Shown piece after piece: positions 20,164 through 29,695 of a stretch of 64,000 bases of DNA. The notes below the pieces were generated by a model that ran no database searches, had not been told where the DNA came from, and saw nothing but the letters and a program-made list of their open reading frames with translations. This stretch comes from an uncultured Candidatus Peribacteria bacterium (GTDB lineage Bacteria; Patescibacteriota; Gracilibacteria; UBA1369; LOWO2-01-FULL-3), in the NCBI GenBank assembly GCA_964356355.1, contig CAYHGX010000001.1, forward strand, positions 68,299 to 132,298, given 5' to 3'. The translations under genes and the position numbers were made by a program. Every line of letters begins with the position of its first letter. Position 1 is the first letter of the stretch.

Positions 20164-23100
20164 ATGCAGTTGGAGGATAAGAAAAAATTTGATCGAATTG
20201 AGGGAAGTGTATGGTCTTATTTCGTGAAGAAAAGGGCTATTTCTGTGGTGATGGTGATTGCGATTATTATTTTTGGAATTTTTGCGGCGCTTACTTTGCC
20301 ACGTGAAATTCAGCCGGAAATTAATATTCCAATTGCGGTGGTATCTACTGTGCTTCCTGGGGCAAACCCTTCGGACGTGGAATCTTTGCTTACTGAGCCT
20401 TTGGAGAAGGAGATTGCTTCAGTGAGTGATATTAAATCTTTGAGTTCAAGCTCTGGTAGTGGAGTAAGCATGGTGATTTTGGAATTTGAAGCTGGGAGTG
20501 ATTTTGATAAGAGAGTTGAGGACGTGAAGTCTGCTGTGGCAAGAGCAAAAGGGTCTCTTCCTGATGATGCAACTGAGCCGATGGTGATGAAGGCTGAGGC
20601 TAATGGTTTTGCAATTATTACCTTTTCAGTGATGGGTTCTCGAGGGCTTACGGAGCTCACGGATGTGGCTGAAAAGCTTGAGACTGAATTGGAAAAGGTG
20701 AGTGGAGTGTCTAAGTCAAATGTGGTTGGAGCTCAGGTTAAGCAGGTGGAGGTGAGGATTGATCCTGAGAAGGTGAAGGTTTATAGCCTCGATATTATGG
20801 CTGTAGCTAATTTGATTAGAGTGGCGAATGCCAATTTACCTTTGGGCGTGGTGACTATGGATGAGTTGAATTATTCTTTGAGGATTGATAATCGTTTTAC
20901 TAGTCTTGAGGATATTCGCAATTTGCCGTTGATTACTTTTGGTGATGAGGGTCGGACCCAGGTGCTTGTGAAGGATGTGGCAACTGTTAGTGAGGTGTAT
21001 CCAAAGCAAAATGTGATCACGAAGCTTTCGATTGGTGGGGAAAAATCTTTGCCGGCTGTTTCGGTGCAGGTTTATAAGAAATCTGGCGGAAATATTTTGG
21101 CGATTGTGGATGAAACTAAGGTGCTAGTGGAGGAGCTGAAGAAGTCTGGAGAGATTCCGGAGGGGGTGAACATTGGCGTGACAAATGATAATTCTCTTTT
21201 TATTAGGAGTGATTTGGGAGAATTGAGTAAGGATGGGATGGAGACGGGAATTATGATTTTTTTGATTTTATTGATGGCTCTTGGATTTAGAGAGGGGTTG
21301 GTGGCCGGGTTGAGTGTGCCTTTGACTTTTTTGCTTACCTTCGCGGTGATGCAGGCGTTTGGGCTGACGTTGAATTCACTTTCGTTGTTTTCACTTTTGA
21401 TTGGACTGGGAATTACAGTGGATACGGCAATTGTGATTATGCAGGGAATTCATGAGAATTTGAGAAGGGGACATGATGCGGAAACTGCGTCGTTGTTGGC
21501 GGTGGAGACCTATAAATGGCCGTTGATTGTGGGAAGTCTTACGAACATGTTTGCATTTTTTCCGATGCTTTTGGTGAGTGGGATTATGGGGGAGTTTTTG
21601 AAGACAATGCCAATAGTGATTTCGGCTGTTTTGATCGGTTCGTTGGTGTTGAATTTAACAATTATTCCGGCTTTTTCATCTAAGTATTTGCAGGTGGATA
21701 AGGTGAAGAGAGGGGGAACTTTTTTGGAGCGAATTTTTGAGGGAATTGGGCGATGGGTGGATAATAAAGTGAAAGATTTGATTGAGAGTAGGGCTAAGAG
21801 AGTAGTGATGATTTTTGTAACTTTGGCGCTTTTTGTGGCTAGTATGGCTTTGCCGATTACGGGCATGCTTAAGACGGAATTGTTTCCTGCCACTGATCAG
21901 CAGTATTTTATTTTGAATGTGAAGGCTCCGATTGGATTGAAGGTTTCTGAGACTGGAAAGATTGTGGAAGAGATCGAGGCAAAGATTTATGATGTGCCGG
22001 AAATCGAAAATTTTTTAACGATCGTTGGTTCAAGCTCATCTCCGGCGATGACTGAGGGATTTGGAATTGACGGCTCTTCCGAGAGTTCTAATTTGGCCAG
22101 CATTACAGTGAATTTATTGCCGAAGGAGGAGCGTGAGAGAAAGAGTTATGTAGTGGCTGCGGAACTTGAGGAGAGGTTTAAGAGTTTCAAAAAGGCTCAG
22201 GTTACAGTGACTCAGCTCAAGGAGGGGCCTCCAAGTGAGGATCCGATTACAGTGAGATTGGTTGGTAAGAATTTGAATAATTTGCGTGATTTTTCGGGTG
22301 AAATTGAGAAGCTGGTGGGAGGAGTGGTGGGCACTAAGAATATCAAGAATTCTTTGGGAGGTGGTGTGAATGAGTTTAAATATGTGCTCGATAAGGATGC
22401 TTTGAATTTGCATGGGCTTAGTGCGTTGCAGGTTGCGGCTACTATCAGATCTATATTGCAGGGGATTGATCTTGGGAATGTTAAAATAGATGGTGAGGAT
22501 TTGGCCTTTGGTGTGAAGTATGATTTGCCTAAGGAGGAGGGTTATACCAATTTATCTTTGGATGTAATTCAGGATTTTGAGATTAATACTCCGAAAGGTT
22601 ATGCAGTAACTTTGGGTGAGCTTGGGCATTATTATTTTGAACAGAGTGCAAGTGTGATTGGGCGAGAGGATCAGAAGGATGTAGTGAAGGTTACGAGTGG
22701 AGTGGAGGAGGGGTATAATGCCGTGGATTTGACCGCGATAATTGAGGCGAAGATTAAAGAAATGAAGGTGCCAGATGGAATTGAGGTAAAGTTTGGTGGG
22801 GATTTGGCTGATGTGGCCGAGTCTTTTGCTGATCTTTATCGGTCTATGTTTGTGGGAGTGCTTTTGATTTTGTTTGCTTTGGTGGTGCAGTTTAATTCTT
22901 TCAAGCAGCCACTTATTATTTTGATTACTTTGCCGTTGGCTTTAATTGGAGTGTTTCCTGGATTGATGCTTTTGGGCTTGAATCTGTCGTTCCCTGCCTT
23001 TTTGGGAGTGGTGGCACTGGGTGGAATTGTGGTGAATAATGCAATTGTTTTGATTGATAGAATCAATGAAAACCGTGGCAATGGTGTGCCTTTTAAGAGG

Positions 23101-23325
23101 GCGATTGCCGATGCTTCAAGTTCCCGTTTTCAGCCGATCTTTATGACGACATTGAGTAATATCGTGGGGATTTTGCCCTTGGCGATGAGTAATGAATTTT
23201 GGGGAGGTTTGGGTTTTTCTATTGTATTTGGTTTGGCTGTTTCAACTGTGCTTACTCTCGTGGTGATCCCGATGTTTTACTATATGTTTGAAGTGAGAAA
23301 TGCTAGGAAGAACGGGGAATTATAG
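20164..23325 (+). CDS. RND-family efflux transporter (AcrB/AcrD/AcrF-like)
   Basis: The 1053-aa protein has the typical 12-TM architecture with two large extracytoplasmic loops, and AcrB-like N-terminal and TM4 regions. Confidence 0.9.
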   Translation: MQLEDKKKFDRIEGSVWSYFVKKRAISVVMVIAIIIFGIFAALTLPREIQPEINIPIAVVSTVLPGANPSDVESLLTEPLEKEIASVSDIKSLSSSSGSGVSMVILEFEAGSDFDKRVEDVKSAVARAKGSLPDDATEPMVMKAEANGFAIITFSVMGSRGLTELTDVAEKLETELEKVSGVSKSNVVGAQVKQVEVRIDPEKVKVYSLDIMAVANLIRVANANLPLGVVTMDELNYSLRIDNRFTSLEDIRNLPLITFGDEGRTQVLVKDVATVSEVYPKQNVITKLSIGGEKSLPAVSVQVYKKSGGNILAIVDETKVLVEELKKSGEIPEGVNIGVTNDNSLFIRSDLGELSKDGMETGIMIFLILLMALGFREGLVAGLSVPLTFLLTFAVMQAFGLTLNSLSLFSLLIGLGITVDTAIVIMQGIHENLRRGHDAETASLLAVETYKWPLIVGSLTNMFAFFPMLLVSGIMGEFLKTMPIVISAVLIGSLVLNLTIIPAFSSKYLQVDKVKRGGTFLERIFEGIGRWVDNKVKDLIESRAKRVVMIFVTLALFVASMALPITGMLKTELFPATDQQYFILNVKAPIGLKVSETGKIVEEIEAKIYDVPEIENFLTIVGSSSSPAMTEGFGIDGSSESSNLASITVNLLPKEERERKSYVVAAELEERFKSFKKAQVTVTQLKEGPPSEDPITVRLVGKNLNNLRDFSGEIEKLVGGVVGTKNIKNSLGGGVNEFKYVLDKDALNLHGLSALQVAATIRSILQGIDLGNVKIDGEDLAFGVKYDLPKEEGYTNLSLDVIQDFEINTPKGYAVTLGELGHYYFEQSASVIGREDQKDVVKVTSGVEEGYNAVDLTAIIEAKIKEMKVPDGIEVKFGGDLADVAESFADLYRSMFVGVLLILFALVVQFNSFKQPLIILITLPLALIGVFPGLMLLGLNLSFPAFLGVVALGGIVVNNAIVLIDRINENRGNGVPFKRAIADASSSRFQPIFMTTLSNIVGILPLAMSNEFWGGLGFSIVFGLAVSTVLTLVVIPMFYYMFEVRNARKNGEL

Positions 23326-23694
23326 TGAACGGTGAGTTATAGTTGGGTTGTCTAGTGATCCTGATACTGTGATTGAGATGGGTGGAGTAGTATTAACCCT
23401 GAAGGAGCAAATTGCTCCTTGTTCTGGTGTAAAACAATAGGTTATCTCCGTGAAGTAAGTTGGTGGATGTGGTAGGTTTAAGGTAACGAAATAGTTCCAG
23501 GCATGGGTGTGGGCTCTGTTGATTTCCTCTCTGGATAGTGTTCTTACTGGGGATGATGCTCTTTCGTGATGGCCATGGTTATGGTGTGGGTGTCTGTGTC
23601 CGTGTTGGTCGTTGTCATGGTCTGGATTTCGTCTGTGGTGATGTTCTCCATCATATCCTGCGTCAGGGTCACTGATTCTTTCTGGACTACTCAT
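23320..23694 (-). CDS. Histidine-rich small protein, unknown function
   Basis: The 124-aa ORF has an N-terminal ~45 aa that is extremely His/Asp/Asn-rich (GEHHHRRNPDHDNDQHGHRHPHHNHGHHE), followed by an ~75-aa non-repetitive domain. It converges on the RND gene and overlaps its 3' end by 6 nt. Confidence 0.5.
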   Translation of the reverse strand: MSSPERISDPDAGYDGEHHHRRNPDHDNDQHGHRHPHHNHGHHERASSPVRTLSREEINRAHTHAWNYFVTLNLPHPPTYFTEITYCFTPEQGAICSFRVNTTPPISITVSGSLDNPTITHRSL

Positions 23695-23821
23695 TGTTCG
23701 TTTATTATTTTAAGTTTTATTGAATTTGAAAATATAGTTGAAAGGGTTGTGGGTCAATTGTTAAATCTTCGAAGTAAAGATTGGTTTGAATTGCGGCTTG
23801 TGTCCTGATATATTAGCTTTA

Positions 23822-24862
23822 ATGAAAGCTATAATATTAGCAGGGGGTGGAGGGAGCAGGCTTTGGCCTCTTTCAACGCCGGAGCATCCAAAACAGTTTC
23901 AGTGTTTGGTTTCTGAGCATACTATGCTGGAGGAGACTATTGAAAGGTTGGACTTTTTGAGGCCAGAGGATATTTTTGTTGCCATTAATGCGCGGCATTT
24001 GGGGCTTGTGAAAAGCATTTGCCCGATGATTCCTGAGAGAAACATTATTATTGAACCGGAATTAAGGGATACTGCTTCCTGTATTGGATTTGCGGCTGTG
24101 GTAGTGGAAAAACTTTATCCCGGAGAGGTGATGTGTGTGATTTATGCCGATCATTTGATTAAGAATAAGGCGGAGTTTCAGGAAAAGTTGAAGGTGGCGG
24201 AAAAGGTGGCTTTAGAGTCGGGGACTTTAAATATCGTAGAGGTTGTGGCTACCGAACCAAATACTAATTATGGTTATGTTGAGGTAGGGAAGGTGCTTGA
24301 AAATGTTGAAGGGACTGAGGTTTATGAGCTTAAGAGATTTGTTGAAAAGCCTGATTTTGAGACTGCTCAGAAGTTTGTGATGAGTGGGGATTTTTTGTGG
24401 AATACCGGCATTTATGTGTGGAAGACCTCGGTGTTGCTTGAAAAATATCATGAGCATAAGCCGGAAACTTACTCGAAGTTGATGAGGATGGCTGAGGTGT
24501 ATGGGACTCCTGAGCAAGAAGGTGTTGTGGGGGAGCTTTATCCTACCTTGGAAAAGATTTCTATCGATTATGCGATTATGGAGAAGGTGAATCCGAGCGA
24601 GGTGAGGATTATTAAGGCAAATTTGGGTTGGAGTGATATTGGGAATTGGGAAGCAATTTGGCAGACGCTGAATAAAGTGGAGGGTGAGAATGTTGTACGC
24701 GGTAATGTTGATCTACTTAATAGTAAGGGGTGTTTGGTTTATAGTGATGCGGGAAAAAGGGTGATTACAATAGGAATGGAGGACACTATTATTGTGGATA
24801 CTCCTGCGGGGTTGCTTGTCGCTAGGAAAGATCAGTCCAAAAAAATCAAGGACATCTTTTAG
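23822..24862 (+). CDS. manC: Mannose-1-phosphate guanylyltransferase (nucleotidyltransferase domain only)
   Basis: The N-terminus is MKAIILAGGGGSRLWPLS, followed by a GMP-type core (YADH, NTGIYVW, DYAIMEK, WSDIGNW). ATG 23822 is the preferred start. Confidence 0.85.
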   Translation: MKAIILAGGGGSRLWPLSTPEHPKQFQCLVSEHTMLEETIERLDFLRPEDIFVAINARHLGLVKSICPMIPERNIIIEPELRDTASCIGFAAVVVEKLYPGEVMCVIYADHLIKNKAEFQEKLKVAEKVALESGTLNIVEVVATEPNTNYGYVEVGKVLENVEGTEVYELKRFVEKPDFETAQKFVMSGDFLWNTGIYVWKTSVLLEKYHEHKPETYSKLMRMAEVYGTPEQEGVVGELYPTLEKISIDYAIMEKVNPSEVRIIKANLGWSDIGNWEAIWQTLNKVEGENVVRGNVDLLNSKGCLVYSDAGKRVITIGMEDTIIVDTPAGLLVARKDQSKKIKDIF

Positions 24863-24927
24863 CCTTCTCTTTCAAAATAGGCCTGTTTCAACTATACTTC
24901 GCAAGATCAAAATTCTGACTGCTTTTT

Positions 24928-25341
24928 ATGCAAGAGAATCATCAAGTACAAATCAAACTAAAGCCTTGGGGAAGCGAAATATGGTTCGCTCATACTCCTG
25001 AATATGCGGGTAAGATTTTGCGAATTACCAAGGGGCATAGGTATAGTTTGCAATATCATGAACGTAAGAAAGAAACACAATATCTTTATAAGGGCAAGGT
25101 GAAGCTGATTTTTGGTGATAAGGAAAATGAGTTGAAGGAGCGTATTATGGAGGTGGGTGACAAGGTGGACGTGTTACCTTTTACTATTCATAGGCTTGAG
25201 GCACTTGAAGATAGTGAGGTGGTGGAGGTTTCTACACCTGAGTTGGATGACGTGGTGAAGTTGCAGGATGATTATGGCAGAAGTGGCAAAGGAAATGACG
25301 AAAGTTCTGATATAAATTTACATAATATAAATTACAAATAA
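24928..25341 (+). CDS. Cupin-fold protein, small phosphomannose-isomerase-like
   Basis: KPWGSE.W, a LQYHERKKETQY-type His/Glu metal motif and a second cupin motif (FTIHRLE) are present. It lies immediately downstream of manC, as if the bifunctional ManC had been split. Confidence 0.7.
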   Translation: MQENHQVQIKLKPWGSEIWFAHTPEYAGKILRITKGHRYSLQYHERKKETQYLYKGKVKLIFGDKENELKERIMEVGDKVDVLPFTIHRLEALEDSEVVEVSTPELDDVVKLQDDYGRSGKGNDESSDINLHNINYK

Positions 25342-25352
25342 TCCCGTTTATC

Positions 25353-28300
25353 ATGAAAAAATTCTTATCTTGGAAAATAATTCTGATTCTAGTTGTAACT
25401 CTGGTGCTGGGCTTTTTTGATTTACCGGATAATATTCAAACAAAGCTTGTGCCTTTTACTCCTGAATCAATAGTGAAGGCTAAGATTGTTCTTGGTTTGG
25501 ATATGCAGGGTGGAAGTCAGCTTGATTATAAGGTTGATTTGAGAAAGGTGGCCGTTGCTGATCAGAAGGATATTTTAGATGGTGTAGAGACCATTATTGA
25601 GAAACGTGTAAATGGACTTGGTGTGGCTGAGCCTAATATTTATCAGTCTGATATTGCAGGTGAGAAGCATATTATTGTGGAGTTGGCGGACAGTGGAGTT
25701 GTAACTCAAGAGGATACTGATAAGTATCTTGGTGTTGGAAAGTTGGTGGCTGATCTGTCTGATGATGAAAGGAAAACTGTTGGTTTGGAAAAAGCAAAAG
25801 AGACTGTGGGCAAAACGATTCAGTTGGAATTTAAAGAGCAGAGAGATCCAAGTGATGTTGATCCAAATGAGGCTGAGAAGATCAAGGGGCAGGCTCAGGC
25901 CGCGTTGGATAGAGTGAAGAAGGGAGATGATTTTTCAGTTGTAGGACAGGAGGAAATGCAGGCTTATCCAGGTAAGGTTACTTATAATAAATCTGATTTC
26001 ATTTTTGAAAGTAAGTTGAGTAATAAAGAGAAGGATATAGTTTTGAAGTTTAAAAAAGGAGAGTTTAGTTCAGATCTTTCTGAGGCAGGTGGGAATATTA
26101 CAATTGATCAAACTACCGGTAGTGCAGTGGAGGATAAGGGCTATATGATGTACAAACTGGATGATGTTAAGGATGAAGTTAAGGATAAAAAGCAGGTAGT
26201 TGCGGAACATATTTTGATTGCATACAAGGGGGCTGATAGCGCAGCTGCAGGGGTGGTAAGAAGTGATGCTGATGCTAAGAAGTTGGCTGATGAGGTGCTG
26301 GCAAAGGTTAAGGCTGATGGAAGTTTTGAAGATTTGGCGAAGCAGTATTCTGATGATGCTAGTAATAAGGATGATGGTGGTAAGTTGAAGGATCCGATTG
26401 CTGCGAATGGTAAATATGTTTTTGATTTTGAGGACGCTGGTTTGAAGCAACTTAATAAGGCTGGAGATATTACCAGTGTTGTTAAGACTAAGTTTGGTTA
26501 TCATATTATTAAAGCGGTTGCAGTTAATACTGATGTGAAGGAGAAGCAGTATCAGTATGAATCTATTTTCTTTTCTACTACACCGGATCCTTGGAAGGAA
26601 ACTGGTTTGACTGGTGAGCAGTTTGTGAGAGCGGATACCGCTGTGAATAATCTTTTCCAGCCATATATTACAATTCAATTTAACGATGAAGGTGCTAAGT
26701 TGTTTGAAGAAATAACTGGAAGAAATGTAGGTAAGCCTGTTGCGGTTTTCGTTGGGGGTGAGCTGATTTCTTCTCCAAATGTGAATGAGAAAATTGCTGG
26801 AGGTCAGGCTCAAATTACTGGTCAGTTTACAAATGAAGAGGCTGAGGCTCTTAAGAGAAACTTGAATACAGGTGCTATTCCGGCGCCAATTGTGCTGACT
26901 GGTGAATATACTATTGGAGCGACTCTGGGTAAGGAGGCACTTGATCAAAGTGTGAAGGCTGGTTTTATTGGTGTATTCTTGGTGGTGCTCTTTATGATTG
27001 CTTATTATCGTTTGCCAGGTTTATTGGCGAGTTTGGCCTTGGTTTCTTATGGTGCAATTTTGCTTTTCTTGGTGAAGGCGCATTTGAGTATTGGTCTTTC
27101 TATTGGCATCGCTTTGGTGGTGTTTGCCTTCCTGGTAACGCGTGTAGTGAACAGTAAGGAGGCCGGTGTGGAGAAGTTTTTGTCTTTTGCTTTAAGCTGT
27201 GTGGCGTTCTTCTTTATGACTTATATGTTGAAGAGTGGAGTGGTGGTGACTGTGGCTGGTATGGCCGGTATTATTATGTCATTTGGTATGGCGGTAGATG
27301 CTAATATCTTGATTTTTGAAAGACTTAAGGAGGAATTGAGAACTGGTAAAACTTTAAGTAATGCTGTTGATACTGCGTTTGTTAGAGCTTGGAGTGCGAT
27401 TCGCGATTCAAACTTCTCTACTCTTATTACTTGTGCGATTTTGTTTTACTTCGGTAGTTCTATCGTTAGAGGGTTTGCCTTTAACTTGATTGCTGGTGTG
27501 CTTGTATCTATGTTTACGGCTATTACAATTACTAGAACTTTGCTTAAAGGATTTATTGGCAGCAAAATTGCTCAGAATCTTAAGAATTTTGGTTTCCAGG
27601 GAAATAAGGAAATTACTCATATTGGTTTCATGAAGAGAAGTAATACTTTGTTTGGTATTTCAGGAGGTTTAGCTGTTGTGGCTGTGATCGCAATTGCCGT
27701 TTATGGTTTGAATCTTGGAATTGATTTCAAAGGTGGAACGTTGCAGGAATTTAAATTTTCTGAACCAGTTGTGAAGGAAAAATTAGTAGGGGCTTTGAGT
27801 GAAATTGCTCCAGATTTCAAGGATGCTGATTTGACAGGTGCCCAGGTGATCGAAAGTGGTGAAAACTCATTTGTTGTTAAGACTAAATATCTTACTTCTG
27901 ATATTCATGAGCAAATAACAACGAAATTAAAGGATAGACTTCCTGCTTTTACTCAGCCAAGGTTTAATACGATTGGTCCGGTTATTGGAGCGACTTTGTT
28001 GAACAAGGCTATAGTGGCCTGTGTTTTTGCACTTGTGATGATTATTCTTTATCTAGCTTTTGCTTTCCGCAAAATTCCAAAAGAGGTGAGTCCTTGGAGA
28101 TTTGGTGTTTCTGCCGTGATTGCGTTGGTGCATGATATTGTGATTGTTGCTGGTGTGTTTGCGGTACTTGGTCACTTTGCTAATGTGGAAATTAACGCTC
28201 TCTTTATAACGGCTGTTTTGACTGTATTTGGTTATTCTGTGCATGACAGTATTGTGGTGTTGGATAGATTGAGAGAGAATTTGCTTCATGCGCCTGCAGG

Positions 28301-28538
28301 TGAAACTTTAGATGAAACTGCGAATAAGGCTTTGAATCAGACCCTTGGACGTTCATTGAACACTTCAGTTTCAGTGTTGCTTTCTTTGATTGCGGTTTTG
28401 ATTTTCGGAAGTAGTTCAATTTTCTACTTTGTGTTGGCTTTGACTATTGGTATTTTCATTGGTACTTATTCCTCAATTTTCTTGGCAACTCCATTGGTTG
28501 TTGTGTGGAATAATTGGGCTACGAAGAGAGGTAAATAA
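25353..28538 (+). CDS. secDF: SecD-SecF fusion protein with parvulin-type PPIase insertion in the SecD periplasmic head
   Basis: SecD motifs are LGLDMQGG and EKRVNGLGVAEP.I..S, with a TM bundle carrying MAVDANILIFERLKEE. The SecF half has GIDFKGG and YSVHDSIVVLDRLREN. Residues ~282-389 form a clear rotamase domain (VVAEHILI...FEDLAKQYSDD...GGKL...FGYHIIKAV). Confidence 0.9.
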   Translation: MKKFLSWKIILILVVTLVLGFFDLPDNIQTKLVPFTPESIVKAKIVLGLDMQGGSQLDYKVDLRKVAVADQKDILDGVETIIEKRVNGLGVAEPNIYQSDIAGEKHIIVELADSGVVTQEDTDKYLGVGKLVADLSDDERKTVGLEKAKETVGKTIQLEFKEQRDPSDVDPNEAEKIKGQAQAALDRVKKGDDFSVVGQEEMQAYPGKVTYNKSDFIFESKLSNKEKDIVLKFKKGEFSSDLSEAGGNITIDQTTGSAVEDKGYMMYKLDDVKDEVKDKKQVVAEHILIAYKGADSAAAGVVRSDADAKKLADEVLAKVKADGSFEDLAKQYSDDASNKDDGGKLKDPIAANGKYVFDFEDAGLKQLNKAGDITSVVKTKFGYHIIKAVAVNTDVKEKQYQYESIFFSTTPDPWKETGLTGEQFVRADTAVNNLFQPYITIQFNDEGAKLFEEITGRNVGKPVAVFVGGELISSPNVNEKIAGGQAQITGQFTNEEAEALKRNLNTGAIPAPIVLTGEYTIGATLGKEALDQSVKAGFIGVFLVVLFMIAYYRLPGLLASLALVSYGAILLFLVKAHLSIGLSIGIALVVFAFLVTRVVNSKEAGVEKFLSFALSCVAFFFMTYMLKSGVVVTVAGMAGIIMSFGMAVDANILIFERLKEELRTGKTLSNAVDTAFVRAWSAIRDSNFSTLITCAILFYFGSSIVRGFAFNLIAGVLVSMFTAITITRTLLKGFIGSKIAQNLKNFGFQGNKEITHIGFMKRSNTLFGISGGLAVVAVIAIAVYGLNLGIDFKGGTLQEFKFSEPVVKEKLVGALSEIAPDFKDADLTGAQVIESGENSFVVKTKYLTSDIHEQITTKLKDRLPAFTQPRFNTIGPVIGATLLNKAIVACVFALVMIILYLAFAFRKIPKEVSPWRFGVSAVIALVHDIVIVAGVFAVLGHFANVEINALFITAVLTVFGYSVHDSIVVLDRLRENLLHAPAGETLDETANKALNQTLGRSLNTSVSVLLSLIAVLIFGSSSIFYFVLALTIGIFIGTYSSIFLATPLVVVWNNWATKRGK

Positions 28539-28560
28539 TGGATTTATAACTTTGAAATTT

Positions 28561-28591
28561 TGGAGCCAGATGATATTATCCTCTGGCTCCA
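28561..28591 (+). terminator. Hairpin downstream of secDF (possible terminator)
   Basis: There is a perfect 10-bp inverted repeat, TGGAGCCAGA/TCTGGCTCCA, with an 11-nt loop. The following T-tract is weak (ttgtg). Confidence 0.4.
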
Positions 28592-28601
28592 TTGTGAATA
28601 T

Positions 28602-28678
28602 GCACCCTTAGCTCAACTGGATAGAGCGTTGGTCTTCGGAACCAAAGGTTACAGGTTCGATTCCTGTAGGGTGCACCA
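28602..28678 (+). tRNA. tRNA-Arg (anticodon TCG), CCA encoded
   Basis: A hand-folded cloverleaf works. The acceptor stem is GCACCCT/AGGGTGC and the D arm is GCTC..GAGC. The anticodon stem is TTGGT/ACCAA with loop CT-TCG-GA. The T arm is ACAGG-TTCGATT-CCTGT, with discriminator A plus CCA. Total length is 77 nt. Confidence 0.9.
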
Positions 28679-29003
28679 AGAAAACCAGAAAGCACGCATC
28701 TTCGCTTTCATCTGCAAAAATCTCTCAAACACGTACGGTTTGTACGCTTATTTCAAGATTTTTTTGTTTCAAGCAAATCTGCATATTACCTTAGGCTGCG
28801 GTGGATGCGGGATTGGTTATAGATCATGCAGACGGTGGCTAGGACGAGCGTTTGAATGGCTTCGCGTAGAGCGTCTTCTTGGGGGATGAATTGTGAGTTT
28901 TCTGGGTGCATGAGTCTTACTTAGGTTGTTACTATACGCTATTTTTGCCGATTGTCAATGGCGGTTTTGGTGCAAATTTTGGGGAAGTTGTTATATTGGC
29001 TGC

Positions 29004-29693
29004 ATGTATAAATTGGTACTTCTTAGGCACGGTGAAAGCACTTGGAATATGGAGAATCGGTTCACTGGTTGGACTGATGTGGATTTGAGCGTGAAGGGTA
29101 GAAATGAGGCTAGGGTCGCTGGTGAGATGTTGAAAAGGGATGGGGTTGTTTTTGATGTGGCTTTTACCTCTTTGCAGAAGAGAGCTATAGATACGATGGA
29201 AATTGCGATGGGGATTTTGGGTGGAAATCCCGAGGTGGTGAAATCCTGGAAATTGAATGAACGTCACTATGGTGCATTGCAGGGGTTGAATAAGGCGGAA
29301 ACGGCTGAAAAGTATGGTGATGAACAGGTTCATATTTGGCGCAGGAGTTATGATGTGAGGCCGCCGGCGTTGACTGAAGATGATGAACGTTATCCGGGAA
29401 ATGATCCAGCTTACAAAGATTTCCCAAAGGCGGATTTGCCTTTAACTGAGTCGTTAAAGGATACTGTGGAGAGGGTTATTCCTTATTATGAGAATAAGAT
29501 TTTGCCGTTGATGAAGAGTGGAAAGAGATTGATTATTGTGGCTCATGGTAATAGTTTGCGAGCTTTAGTGAAGCACCTTGATCATATTTCTGATGAGAAA
29601 ATTCCAGAATTAAATATTCCTACTGGCGTGCCTTTAGTGTATGAGTTTGATGAAGATTTTAGGCCGGTGAAGCACTATTATCTTGGTGCTTAA
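29004..29693 (+). CDS. gpmA: 2,3-bisphosphoglycerate-dependent phosphoglycerate mutase
   Basis: The N-terminus is [21 protein letters not shown]. Other motifs are ERHYGALQG and a HGNSLRAL His-phosphatase motif. I prefer ATG 29004 to the upstream in-frame 28926. Confidence 0.93.
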   Translation: MYKLVLLRHGESTWNMENRFTGWTDVDLSVKGRNEARVAGEMLKRDGVVFDVAFTSLQKRAIDTMEIAMGILGGNPEVVKSWKLNERHYGALQGLNKAETAEKYGDEQVHIWRRSYDVRPPALTEDDERYPGNDPAYKDFPKADLPLTESLKDTVERVIPYYENKILPLMKSGKRLIIVAHGNSLRALVKHLDHISDEKIPELNIPTGVPLVYEFDEDFRPVKHYYLGA

Positions 29694-29695
29694 TT

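Noticed and set aside
28560-28889. This is a plus-strand 109-aa track ORF.
   Set aside because: It reads straight through the tRNA-Arg gene and has no coding features, so it is spurious.
28786-28911. This is a 41-codon minus-strand ORF next to tRNA-Arg. Its C-terminus (..MIYNQSRIHRSLR) faintly recalls the YN..RPH.SLG tail of DDE/rve transposases, hinting at a decayed tRNA-adjacent mobile element.
   Set aside because: The match is only a few residues long. An in-frame stop lies 4 codons upstream of the ATG, and there are no flanking repeats or other mobile-element remnants. The 325-bp gap (28679-29003) remains unexplained, but the evidence is too thin for a feature call.
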